Assembly: GCA_964624705.1 (NCBI GenBank) | Contig: CAZUYQ010000003.1 | Span: forward strand, 50,163 to 92,573 | Reading direction: 5' to 3' | Length of the DNA: 42,411 nucleotides | DNA from: an uncultured Polynucleobacter sp. | GTDB lineage: Bacteria > Bdellovibrionota_B > Oligoflexia > Oligoflexales > RGVZ01 | Part shown: in pieces, positions 25,629 to 34,867 of the stretch | Layout of the letters: every line of letters starts with the position of its first letter | How positions within the stretch are numbered: position 1 is the stretch's first letter | Notes under the pieces: generated by a model | Told to the model about the DNA's origin: nothing | Database searches by the model: none | What the model saw: the letters and a program-made list of their open reading frames with translations, nothing else | Translations under genes and position numbers: made by a program

Positions 25629-26963
25629 CTATTTTTTTTCTGTTTTGTTAACAATCGCGGCGACCTCCTTTGAAGGCCGAGTTTTTTGAATATCTATCAG
25701 CGCGGCTCGTACTACTGGATACTCTCTTGCATTTGACTCTAAAGACCAGCTTGCAGCTTTCGCCGTCATATCTTTTCCATCTCCTAATCCTGCGAGAGCC
25801 TCGGCAATGCGCTGTATCGGCTTTGCCTCTCCGGTTACAAAGAACTCACCCCAAAGCATGTCTAAAAGTTGCTGATTAAGTGTCTCCTGGTAGGGATCTA
25901 CCATTTTTTGGCGCTGTAATTCATTCCACTGCTTAGCAATCACCTGGGATTCCTTTGTTTTAAGATATTCATTTACCCATTTATTACCTTCATCAGTATT
26001 AGCGTACTTTACTGCCCGAAGTATGAAGGGTATCTCGCTTGGTTCCATCTTGTTAATTACTTTGAATAAGGTATCTAGAGTACTAGGATATTTTCGGAAA
26101 ATAAGTCCAAAGCTAGATTGATGAATTAACATCATCTCACGTGATGAAAAGAGCTTATGACTTGCCGCGAAAGTCAACGCATACTCAAAACGCGACACAT
26201 CCTTCGTTTGAAATATAGTCATTAACCACTGACTATAGTCATTCAACCCGATAAAGTCCTTTCCAATGATCTTTTTTTCTATGGACTGATCTTTTTCTAA
26301 AGATTTCTTCAGATGAACCGCAAACTTTTGGTTTTCCGGACTAGGAAATTTAGTTGTGAAATAATCGAGTTGTTTCAATACATTCGGTGCATCTTGGGTC
26401 ACTAGGTAATAGGCAATATAAGTATATTCAGTTCCCTCATCGGGCTTACTGCCATAATATTTTCGGAGAAAATCTAAACTTTTTTTGGCTTGAGGAAAAA
26501 AAGTTGGATTCATTGATAAATATAGATGCGTTGCTGATTTATGGCATTTCACAGATTCCGGGTATAGCCTAAGGCATTCTTCAAGCTTATCAATTGCCAG
26601 TCCGCTAGCTGATCGTACCTCCATGTTATGGCCCTGACGAAGTAGGTCTGTCATAAGCCAAAGAAGGTCCTCATCGTTGCTTCTCTCAGCCAGTTGAGCT
26701 TTCGTATTTAGATAAAGATCTGACCACTTCTTGAAAATTTCCTGCCGTTCCGCCTCCGAGTTAAATCGTGGAGGATAGGAGCCAATATACCGATTAAGAT
26801 CACCCATCTCCCTTTCAATATCTCGAAGTGGCTTCTTTGTCTGACCACTACTTGATTTGGGCAATTCAAAATATTTTCCATTTTGTTGTGCGTCCAAAGC
26901 GTAGGTCAGAGGTGAGACGAATACGAGCCATGTACCCAGTACTAATTTCATTTTAAAACTCAT
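25629..26963 (-). CDS. Hypothetical secreted protein (all-helical or repeat-like by composition), no family recognised
   Basis: 444-aa ORF with signal peptide MSFKMKLVLGTWLVFVSPLTYALDA and AAGGA upstream. It is AT-rich relative to the backbone. Confidence 0.6.
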   Translation of the reverse strand: MSFKMKLVLGTWLVFVSPLTYALDAQQNGKYFELPKSSSGQTKKPLRDIEREMGDLNRYIGSYPPRFNSEAERQEIFKKWSDLYLNTKAQLAERSNDEDLLWLMTDLLRQGHNMEVRSASGLAIDKLEECLRLYPESVKCHKSATHLYLSMNPTFFPQAKKSLDFLRKYYGSKPDEGTEYTYIAYYLVTQDAPNVLKQLDYFTTKFPSPENQKFAVHLKKSLEKDQSIEKKIIGKDFIGLNDYSQWLMTIFQTKDVSRFEYALTFAASHKLFSSREMMLIHQSSFGLIFRKYPSTLDTLFKVINKMEPSEIPFILRAVKYANTDEGNKWVNEYLKTKESQVIAKQWNELQRQKMVDPYQETLNQQLLDMLWGEFFVTGEAKPIQRIAEALAGLGDGKDMTAKAASWSLESNAREYPVVRAALIDIQKTRPSKEVAAIVNKTEKK

Positions 26964-27184
26964 TTACTATTCCTTCATGTGGAGAAACATCATTGAAGTC
27001 TCTAGCGATCACAGAGACCATGCCCAAGTATGCTTTGAGCAAGAATGACGCCAAAACATAAGTGCTTGATTTTCTTTGAGATGAACCCGGATCGAGTTAA
27101 ATCGAGCCGAATTTCAACCAAAAGAAACCTCGAAAATGATCGAAATTCGACCGGATGTTTCTTAAATGATTTATGAGTCTTTGT

Positions 27185-28171
27185 TTAATATGTACTTAAA
27201 ACAACTACAATCTGATCGCCACGCCCAGCTTTATTTACCGCTTGAGCCTTTAAGCGAAATGTTTCGATTTGCTCGGACGTAAATATCGATTTTTTGGGTG
27301 AGGTCAAATATGAATTCTCAGCATTAAGTGCGATTCCCTGGCGATACTGCTCGCTCGCTAAAAACTGCCCGGCCGAGGAATCGTCGTAAGTTCCGACAAA
27401 TTTCAAATCTGATTTTGCAGCTAAAAGCCTTATTGAATCACGAGAGAATAAATATAAGTGCCTCGGAGCATCCAATTGAAACCAGTCGGTATTGTATAAA
27501 TCCCAAGCCTCAGACGAAACGGTGGGAACACGGAGTAATATTTTACCGCCTGGCGTCAAACATTGCTTCGCATCCTGAAGCGTCTTTACCGGATCGACGA
27601 CATGTTCAAACGAATGATGAAACGTAATGAGATCAAACTTTTCCTCAAGCTCAGAAATATTTTTCTTGGCGATTCTTAAACCGTTCTTGTAAAGAATATC
27701 CTGGCTAATATACGGATCAATCCCGCTTATGTTTTTATATCCACCCTCTTTTAGTCTATGCAGTACGGTACCATTGCCGCAGCCGACGTCGAGAATTTTT
27801 GATGTTGCAGAAACTTTTGCATAAGCTAGTGCATCGAGAACAAGCTTCGTATGTTCAACAGGCGGAATGAATGCTTCAATTAGCCCCTTGTACCAACTGT
27901 TTTCAATATATCCTCGCTCCCTGATTCCTAGGGCGCGATTGATAATGCGCCGGACAAAACCATCTTCCTTTACAGGGGTAAAACTATAATAAGAAGACTG
28001 ATAATAAGGTCCTAGGTCTTGGGGAATCTGTTCAATCTGCAGCGTCTTGCACCCCTCGCATTGTACGTACGAGAAAACCTCTCCTATCCCATACATCATT
28101 TCGCGTGCAGAAAAAGATCGGGCTAGTCCGTTGTGATCGCAAACACGACAGGTGAATGGTACTGAAGTCAT
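27185..28171 (-). CDS. Class I SAM-dependent methyltransferase with an N-terminal Cys4 zinc-ribbon
   Basis: SAM motif I is ILDVGCGNGTVL. The N-terminal Cys pairs are CRVC...CEGC. The start is uncertain: ATG 28171 or TTG 28198, as in the ORF track. Confidence 0.8.
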   Translation of the reverse strand: MTSVPFTCRVCDHNGLARSFSAREMMYGIGEVFSYVQCEGCKTLQIEQIPQDLGPYYQSSYYSFTPVKEDGFVRRIINRALGIRERGYIENSWYKGLIEAFIPPVEHTKLVLDALAYAKVSATSKILDVGCGNGTVLHRLKEGGYKNISGIDPYISQDILYKNGLRIAKKNISELEEKFDLITFHHSFEHVVDPVKTLQDAKQCLTPGGKILLRVPTVSSEAWDLYNTDWFQLDAPRHLYLFSRDSIRLLAAKSDLKFVGTYDDSSAGQFLASEQYRQGIALNAENSYLTSPKKSIFTSEQIETFRLKAQAVNKAGRGDQIVVVLSTY

Positions 28172-28251
28172 GGGGAAAACTCGCTCAATATAAGGCAAAC
28201 TTGCAAAATAAGTGTCTATTTTTACATAAGTTTCTCAAAACTGCCAATCGC

Positions 28252-29523
28252 TTAATACTGGAAAGGCGATCCGATAGCCTTGGCCCGCCTCATACCCTCG
28301 CGTATTTCTGGAATTTTAGCCATAACCGACCACAGAGTCGTTTGCGGATGTATGTCCGCAAGACTCAAATAAAGCGCTCCAACAGTAATGCCGATCACAT
28401 CATGATCGAACCATTTTTGATCAAGATTAAAACTATCAATAAACCCATACCGTCCGTAAAGCAGAGGGGCATAACTTCCGTCGTGCCATCTCGCTAAATC
28501 CTGCATGACTAATTGGGGCAAAAACATCGCCGAAGCGCCAGCACAGGCGGGGCAAACTGTGCCATCATAAAACACTGGTGAATAAGCTAAATAACCCCAC
28601 TTGGAATCCCCAGCGCTCAGGCCCCAAAAGCCTTCTCGAAATGTCGCATACTTTGTTTGGTTTGCGCAGAAGTCTCGATTTAGCAGCGATGCACGACGCG
28701 AATTCTCAAAGTAAACCGGTGCACCAAGAGCCGAATGATCCAAAAATAAATGCGAGTACTGATGAACAAAAAGTGGGAGATGTCCTCCGATAATCAAATC
28801 GCTATCTTTCCACTCAACAAACGGTCGATTGCCTTCCGCCCATGCACGATCTGGCAAGGGTGAGGTGGGCGAGCCAAGGCCCAGTATCAAGAGAAAAAGC
28901 TGTTCAGCATAGCGGTCCCACTGAGCCGGGATATAGCCATATTCCGGCATCCATCCTTGCGAGATCGTCGATTTCTCAGGAAATCTTCCACCATCTGTCA
29001 GCATATCGATAAAATCTAAGCGTTTGTAAAAGAGTGCGACTTCCCGAGAAATTTCCGAATCTGGGAACATCGCTGCTGCATAAAGTGCACCTGCTAAAAA
29101 CCAGCTGGTATCGATAGTGGAAATTTCACTATTACCGTAGCGCACACCAGTTTCCCAATGCACGAAATGATAAAGCCAACCATGATAATGATCGAGATTC
29201 TTGTTTACAAATTTCAAAACTCGCTCGATACGAAGCCTTGCCTCTTCAGCCTCCATCCAGCCGCGCGTAGCGGCGTTTGCAAAAATTGCGATGCCAAAGC
29301 CCGTCGCGGCCAACGAGGCCATCTCATAATGTCGAATCACATCCGAATCAAAATTATAGGCACGATCGAGGATCAACCCGGTGACGGGATGAGATTGTTC
29401 GACAAAATAGAGAAGCGCACGCTTCTGCAAATCGTCTTCAAGTTCCGTGGTCGCAAGCGCGGAGACAGGTAAAAAGCCTAGGAATAAGCTAAAAAATACA
29501 ATTTTGACGATTATAGGTTTCAC
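28252..29523 (-). CDS. Glucoamylase-family / GH144-DUF3131-like six-hairpin glycoside hydrolase (putative beta-1,2-glucanase type)
   Basis: Signal peptide present. The segments YFVEQSHPVTGLILDRA, SLAATGFGIAIFANAATRGW, HGWLYHFV and EISTIDTSWFLAGALYAAAMF follow the pattern I associate with this family. The GTG start overlaps the upstream TGA (GTGA). Confidence 0.6.
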   Translation of the reverse strand: MKPIIVKIVFFSLFLGFLPVSALATTELEDDLQKRALLYFVEQSHPVTGLILDRAYNFDSDVIRHYEMASLAATGFGIAIFANAATRGWMEAEEARLRIERVLKFVNKNLDHYHGWLYHFVHWETGVRYGNSEISTIDTSWFLAGALYAAAMFPDSEISREVALFYKRLDFIDMLTDGGRFPEKSTISQGWMPEYGYIPAQWDRYAEQLFLLILGLGSPTSPLPDRAWAEGNRPFVEWKDSDLIIGGHLPLFVHQYSHLFLDHSALGAPVYFENSRRASLLNRDFCANQTKYATFREGFWGLSAGDSKWGYLAYSPVFYDGTVCPACAGASAMFLPQLVMQDLARWHDGSYAPLLYGRYGFIDSFNLDQKWFDHDVIGITVGALYLSLADIHPQTTLWSVMAKIPEIREGMRRAKAIGSPFQY

Positions 29524-31754
29524 GGCACAGGCACCAATTCCCAGATATCAACACCGTCGATACTTACTGGAAGCTCGACACCATCGTTCACAAGCTGTGT
29601 TCGAGATACCGTGACAGTCCCAAGGAATGGAGCAGTGTCTTCTGCGGAAAGTTTTCTTAGAATCTTAAATTTACTAGCGGACTTAACGGGAAGGACATCT
29701 TTTCGCAATTGTAGACGCGCAACTCGCGACTCAGGGAGAAAATTCTCGATCACTACGAGTAATTTGTCTCGCCCCTGACGGACGGTCGCATGTAAAAATG
29801 GTTTTTCATCGATTGCAGAAATCTTAACCGCAGGTTGAATGCTTAGCGAGGTTAATAAATCCCGCGTCCACCTTAACGTTTGATCGATATTCGGCAACTT
29901 AAGATATGCGTCGCTATTCCAGCCCTCCGCTGGATTTGTTTTCTTATAAACAACTTGCCCCAGACCAACGTCAGAAAGTTGGAAATCACCGATCATCAGC
30001 AAGGTTCCACCACGTTTAACATACTGCTCAAATAGCGCTTTCGTCTTGGTTGTGATGTAACCAGGATGATGCCAAACCACGAGGCGGTAAGTCTCAAGCT
30101 CGGAAAGATTCATAGCGTCGACAAAAGCGACTTCGGGAGTAGCGCCTGCCTCACGGAAAAGACCATAAAGCGCTGCCGAGTCGGTCGACGCTATTTTTAA
30201 TGCGTCTTCAGGACCCACACCGTTATACTGCGCATGTGAATCGTGAGCAATCAACACTGGTGCATGCAGTTCTTTCGTGGCCATAATATCGGCCCCAAGA
30301 CCATTTTTTAACGACTGCCCTAAATTCTTCAAGAGCGTAAATGAGGGTCTTGGTCGCATATCTTTATCAAGCGGCGCATCAAACTTTAGCTCGCCATCAT
30401 CACCCTCACGACCGTTCCAGTTCCATCCTTCATGAAAATAATAAATGCTCATCGCCTTGATGCCTGCGCCAAGTAACGATCCATAGGTATGTTGCCTCGT
30501 GGCTAAACTGACTTCGACCGGAGCAAACCATCCACCCACTGTTTCTGTTGACATCACCCATTCGTCAGCCGCACCGTAATACTGCCGGTGCGATGAAGCG
30601 ACTAAGCTTGCATCGTGAGCTGCTTTCATAGGAGTATTTAGAGTTGACTCTGCTTGGGTGCCAAATGTCTTCGGATAAATATTCATAGTTGTAAGCGAGA
30701 GTTTGTCGCCCTGACGAAAATCGAGCCTAGGTAACAAGCCATGATCGGGCGCATTGAAGGAGTCACAACTCGTAAATATAACCTGCGGCTCGACAACACC
30801 TAGTCGGGTCCAGGTTTCGCGAAGAAATCGATAATAATCTCGCAATTCGACATCGTGAAACAACGCCCAGTCATAAAGCCAGCGGCTGCCTGCGTAGCGA
30901 TGATCATCGCGTGAGATCGGCGCCGCAACTTCAGAAAAGCTTTTTACGTTTGCCTGATATGCTTTGTTTAAATTGGCAATGCTACCGCCATATTGATGCT
31001 GTAGAAATGTTGCGTAGCGAGCCAACCCCGTGAGACTGATATCTCGTTCGTAAATCGAATCCCAGAAATAATTACTTTCGTTATCAATCTGAATAAAGCT
31101 GATGATTTTACCTGGGCCAATAAAATCCTTGAGCACTTCCGTTTGTAGTTTTGTAAGCCAGTGTGCCGCGTGGTCCCGAAATTTAGGATGACCGAACGAG
31201 ACCGTACGTGGCCGACCAGGAGTTCTTGATCCTGTAAGGGCCTCTGGATAAGTGTCAAGAAACCACTTGGGAACCGCGCCAAAACCTTCTGGCCCCCATT
31301 CTGCATTAATATATGGTCCCGGACGAACCATCACATGCGTGAGCCCACGGCTTTCTAGCAATCGTAAAAATCCTTTGATGTCGCGCGATGGATAATCGGC
31401 TCGACCGTCATGATCTTGATCAAGAGTGCCGTCAAAATCAAACACGCCTTCCACAGGCTCATGAAAGTCCCAGGGGATATACAATGTCACCGTATTCATG
31501 CCGGCTTCACTGACGCGGTCGAGGAGCGTGTTCCATAACTTTACAACTACCTCTTTCGGAACATTTCGACCAGACCCACCTCGAGCGCGAAAGTACTGAA
31601 CCTCCGCTCCAAAAAGATACCCGATCTCCTTGCCATTGCGACTTAAAGCCGCCTTCCCAACCTCAAGACCTTCTCCTGCGTGAACTCGAGACGAAATAAA
31701 AAATGAAACAAATAAAACCACCCCTAAATGCAATACCTTCATAGCTAGACTCAT
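29520..31754 (-). CDS. GH35-like glycoside hydrolase (beta-galactosidase family fold), secreted
   Basis: GAEVQYFR...MNTVTLYIPWDFHEPVEGVFDFDG matches the GH35 N-terminal TIM-barrel signature. The acid/base-like segment is IQIDNESNY and the nucleophile-like segment is STETVGGWF. I chose the ATG at 31754 (AGGAG 11 nt upstream; signal peptide MSLAMKVLHLGVVLFVSFFISSRVHA). The track ORF extends to TTG 31784. Confidence 0.75.
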   Translation of the reverse strand: MSLAMKVLHLGVVLFVSFFISSRVHAGEGLEVGKAALSRNGKEIGYLFGAEVQYFRARGGSGRNVPKEVVVKLWNTLLDRVSEAGMNTVTLYIPWDFHEPVEGVFDFDGTLDQDHDGRADYPSRDIKGFLRLLESRGLTHVMVRPGPYINAEWGPEGFGAVPKWFLDTYPEALTGSRTPGRPRTVSFGHPKFRDHAAHWLTKLQTEVLKDFIGPGKIISFIQIDNESNYFWDSIYERDISLTGLARYATFLQHQYGGSIANLNKAYQANVKSFSEVAAPISRDDHRYAGSRWLYDWALFHDVELRDYYRFLRETWTRLGVVEPQVIFTSCDSFNAPDHGLLPRLDFRQGDKLSLTTMNIYPKTFGTQAESTLNTPMKAAHDASLVASSHRQYYGAADEWVMSTETVGGWFAPVEVSLATRQHTYGSLLGAGIKAMSIYYFHEGWNWNGREGDDGELKFDAPLDKDMRPRPSFTLLKNLGQSLKNGLGADIMATKELHAPVLIAHDSHAQYNGVGPEDALKIASTDSAALYGLFREAGATPEVAFVDAMNLSELETYRLVVWHHPGYITTKTKALFEQYVKRGGTLLMIGDFQLSDVGLGQVVYKKTNPAEGWNSDAYLKLPNIDQTLRWTRDLLTSLSIQPAVKISAIDEKPFLHATVRQGRDKLLVVIENFLPESRVARLQLRKDVLPVKSASKFKILRKLSAEDTAPFLGTVTVSRTQLVNDGVELPVSIDGVDIWELVPVP

Positions 31755-31854
31755 AATGGTCATGGCTCCTATCGAAATTTTCAATTCTCTCTATGGGACA
31801 TCTGAGATAAGGAGTATCGAACCTATGGGATTCCAGCAAGAACTTATGTTTTTC

Positions 31855-31884
31855 TTGATAAAATCATGATGCTAGCCTTATAAT
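31855..31884 (+). promoter_or_regulatory. Sigma70-like promoter candidate upstream of rimK
   Basis: TTGATA (31855-31860), an 18-nt spacer, then TATAAT (31879-31884). This would give a leader of about 150 nt before the rimK start. Confidence 0.35.
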
Positions 31885-32040
31885 AACAATAATAAAATCT
31901 ATGCTCCTGATACTTAGTTTGATTACTTTCCAGACAGCTCGGAAAATCCTTCCCACCTTTGCGGTTTTTCTCCATTATCTTCAATATGTTATGGAGGGGT
32001 GTTTCGACCTTTCGCCGCCATCTCTGCAGGAGTGTTTATA

Positions 32041-32943
32041 TTGAAGCTCGCTATTCTATCTCAAGATCCTAAATTATATTCCACCAGCCGCTTGCGTGAA
32101 GCAGCTGAACAACGAGGACACAATGTCAAAGTTGTCGACTACATGCGTTGCTATATCAATGTCGCAACTAATAGTCCCTGCGTCATGTACTCAGGAAAAA
32201 GACTCGAACATTACGACGCCGTGATACCACGCGTGGGTGCTTCCAATACCTTTTATGGCACCGCCATTGTTCGTCAATTTGAATTGATGAGTGTTTTCAC
32301 TGCTAACACGTCGCAGGCCATTTCACGATCGCGCGATAAACTGCGTTGCATGCAGATTCTCGCCAGAGAAGCAATTGGCCTGCCTATCACTGGCTTTGCT
32401 CATAGCACGCAAGACACTGATGGTCTGATAAATATGGTGGGCGGGCCACCGGTCATTATAAAACTAATTGAGGGCACGCAAGGTATCGGTGTTGTACTAG
32501 CAGATACTTACAATTCTGCAAAATCGATGATCGAGGCATTTCGCGGATTATCCGCACATATTCTCGTCCAAGAATTTATTAAGGAAGCTGACGGGGAAGA
32601 TATCCGCGCTTTTGTTGTCGGTGACAAAGTCATCGCGGCCATGCGCCGTAAGGCTGCTGCCGGAGAATTTCGTGCAAATATTCACCGCGGCGGAAAATCA
32701 GAAAAAGTTGAATTGACTGAAGAAGAAACTGTGACGGCGGTTATGGCAGCAAAAGCTGTCGGATTAAATATCGCAGGCGTAGATATGCTCAGAAGCAATT
32801 CCGGCCCGAAGGTTCTAGAAATAAATAGTTCACCGGGCTTGCAAGGAATTGAAAGCGCAACAGGCATCGATGTTGCGGGCCTTATTATTGAATTTTTAGC
32901 AGAAACTCTTTTAACTAACAAAAAAACTCAGTTCCAAGGTTAA
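32041..32943 (+). CDS. rimK: RimK-family ATP-grasp ligase (ribosomal protein S6 glutamate ligase-like)
   Basis: Starting from the TTG at 32041 gives (M)[26 protein letters not shown], the canonical RimK N-terminus. CAGGAG (32027-32032) lies 8 nt upstream. ATP-grasp motifs follow: [35 protein letters not shown]. The track ORF starts at GTG 31999. Confidence 0.9.
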   Translation: MKLAILSQDPKLYSTSRLREAAEQRGHNVKVVDYMRCYINVATNSPCVMYSGKRLEHYDAVIPRVGASNTFYGTAIVRQFELMSVFTANTSQAISRSRDKLRCMQILAREAIGLPITGFAHSTQDTDGLINMVGGPPVIIKLIEGTQGIGVVLADTYNSAKSMIEAFRGLSAHILVQEFIKEADGEDIRAFVVGDKVIAAMRRKAAAGEFRANIHRGGKSEKVELTEEETVTAVMAAKAVGLNIAGVDMLRSNSGPKVLEINSSPGLQGIESATGIDVAGLIIEFLAETLLTNKKTQFQG

Positions 32944-32949
32944 GTCGAC

Positions 32950-33975
32950 ATGCCGACAAAAAAAAGACCTGTTGCCGATGACGAAGATCATGATCATGAA
33001 AATGACACGATTAAATTAGGCAACGTTGTCGTGCACCCCGGTGAGCAAGTTCGAGTTGAAATTGCCCTTGCGCAAATGGCGACGCAAGGAAGCCTTGGTA
33101 TGCCTGTGGAAGTGATTTTTGGCGAAGAGCCTGGACCACGACTCCTTGTTTGTGGCGCAGTTCACGGTGACGAAATCAACGGCATTGAAATCATTAGACA
33201 ACTTCTGCCACTACTATCACCCATGACATTGCGAGGCGCCTTAATTGCGGTTCCTATTATTAACGTACCTGGATTCCTGGCACAGAGTCGTTATCTTCCC
33301 GATCGCAGAGACTTGAACCGCTCTTTCCCAGGCTCTCGCAGTGGTTCACAAGCATCGCGGATTGCGTTTACGTTTATGGAAAATATTGTCAAACAATCGA
33401 CACACGTCATCGATATTCATACTGCTGCACAACACCGCCAGAACATGCCGCAGATTCGCGCCAACTTAAATGATGAAGACTGCTTGAGGCTCGCTGAGGC
33501 GTTTGGAGCTCCAGTTATTGTCCACTCGGCAGAACGCGATGGCTCACTCCGTATGGCGGCGGGATCCGAAGGCTTACCCACCATTGTTTACGAAGCTGGT
33601 GAGGCATGCAGGTTCGATCCAGGAGCCATTGAAACCGGGCTGGTAGGCGTCCTAGGCGTCATGCATCAGTTAGGCATGGTCTCCGCCGAAGATATTCATT
33701 TTAAGAAACTTTCTGCTAAATCAAAAGCTGCGACACTCACATATGCCGCCAGTAAATGGATTCGTGCTAGTCGCGGTGGCCTTTTTAGATCTCACGTTAG
33801 ACCTGGCGATGTAGTCCATAAAGATCAATTTCTTGGATTTATTGCTGACGCTTTTGGCGAGGGCATGTCGACATTGCGAGCACCAAAAGCTGGAATTGTG
33901 ATTGGCCTCCACTGCAATCCTGTAGTTCACCACGGCGACGCTTTAGTTCATCTTGCCGTCGAAAAACGCCGTTAA
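32950..33975 (+). CDS. Succinylglutamate desuccinylase/aspartoacylase (AstE/AspA, M14-like) family protein
   Basis: GAVHGDEINGIEI (zinc H-x-x-E), DLNRSFPG and IDIHTA motifs are present. This family is commonly encoded directly after rimK. Confidence 0.85.
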   Translation: MPTKKRPVADDEDHDHENDTIKLGNVVVHPGEQVRVEIALAQMATQGSLGMPVEVIFGEEPGPRLLVCGAVHGDEINGIEIIRQLLPLLSPMTLRGALIAVPIINVPGFLAQSRYLPDRRDLNRSFPGSRSGSQASRIAFTFMENIVKQSTHVIDIHTAAQHRQNMPQIRANLNDEDCLRLAEAFGAPVIVHSAERDGSLRMAAGSEGLPTIVYEAGEACRFDPGAIETGLVGVLGVMHQLGMVSAEDIHFKKLSAKSKAATLTYAASKWIRASRGGLFRSHVRPGDVVHKDQFLGFIADAFGEGMSTLRAPKAGIVIGLHCNPVVHHGDALVHLAVEKRR

Positions 33976-34796
33976 ACTTTCTTTGCAACCATCGCATCAT
34001 CTGCAAATGATACAAATCGCTGCGGTACGGCGACTTCAATTTTTGCGGCTTCTAATGCTCGCTTAATCGCTTGCGCCGCCTCAAATTTTGCATCCGATAA
34101 TTTTTCTTGGCTTACCCAACAGGAAATAGTGACGTTCATCGAACGCTCGGTAAAACCATCAAATTGGACGGTAGGAGCTGGGGTTTTTAAAAGTACACCC
34201 AAAGAATTCATTGCTCCCAGTAGGATATTTTTCACATCGGCCAGATTTGCAGAATATTGCAAACCTATCTGCAAATCAAATTTTCTAACTGAAAAACGCG
34301 TGATATTACCGATTTCAGATTTCATAAGATTTTCATTAGGAATACGCACCACAACGTTGTCCGGTGTCTTTAAAATTGTTGAAAGTAAACCCATAGAGAT
34401 AACTTCCCCGGTTGTGCCGCCGATGCGAATAGTATCACCGACAATAAAAGGCTTCTCAATAATAATAAAAATCCCACTGATTAAATTGGACATGGAAGTC
34501 TGCGATGCAAAACCAATTGCCACCGATGCCACCCCCGCTGCCCCGACAACAACGCTCAGATTAATGCCTGCCTCATTCAGAGCTGTAACCACTGTTAATG
34601 CAACAATCAGATAATAACTCATCCGCTTGATCAGCATGACTTGGTGTATTGCAAAATGCTTCTTGGCAACTCGCGAAAGCCATCGACTTGTGAAACGAGC
34701 TGCAAGCCAGCCTGTCATCAGTATCAGACAGACCATCAAGGCGCGAGACGCAGTATGCGACTTCAAAACATCCATAAAATCTTGAGCAGACATCAA
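33972..34796 (-). CDS. Small-conductance mechanosensitive channel (MscS family)
   Basis: Three N-terminal TM helices, then ISGIFIIIEKPFIVGDTIRIGGTTGEVISMGLLSTILKTPDNVVVRIPN, the MscS pore-helix/beta-domain signature. Confidence 0.85.
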   Translation of the reverse strand: MMSAQDFMDVLKSHTASRALMVCLILMTGWLAARFTSRWLSRVAKKHFAIHQVMLIKRMSYYLIVALTVVTALNEAGINLSVVVGAAGVASVAIGFASQTSMSNLISGIFIIIEKPFIVGDTIRIGGTTGEVISMGLLSTILKTPDNVVVRIPNENLMKSEIGNITRFSVRKFDLQIGLQYSANLADVKNILLGAMNSLGVLLKTPAPTVQFDGFTERSMNVTISCWVSQEKLSDAKFEAAQAIKRALEAAKIEVAVPQRFVSFADDAMVAKKV

Positions 34797-34867
34797 AGAA
34801 CCCTCGCTTTAAATTTCTAACCCCAGGACCTATGACAATCGGGATCTAAAAGTGGTAATATATTAAC

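Noticed and set aside
31901-32044. 47-codon upstream ORF in the rimK leader, ending in TATTGA and overlapping the rimK TTG start.
   Set aside because: It has no SD and its hydrophobic, random-looking peptide cannot be distinguished from chance without conservation or ribosome-profiling data.
34129-34614. 161-aa plus-strand ORF opposite the MscS gene.
   Set aside because: The MscS frame has the full family signature, so the antisense ORF is a shadow.
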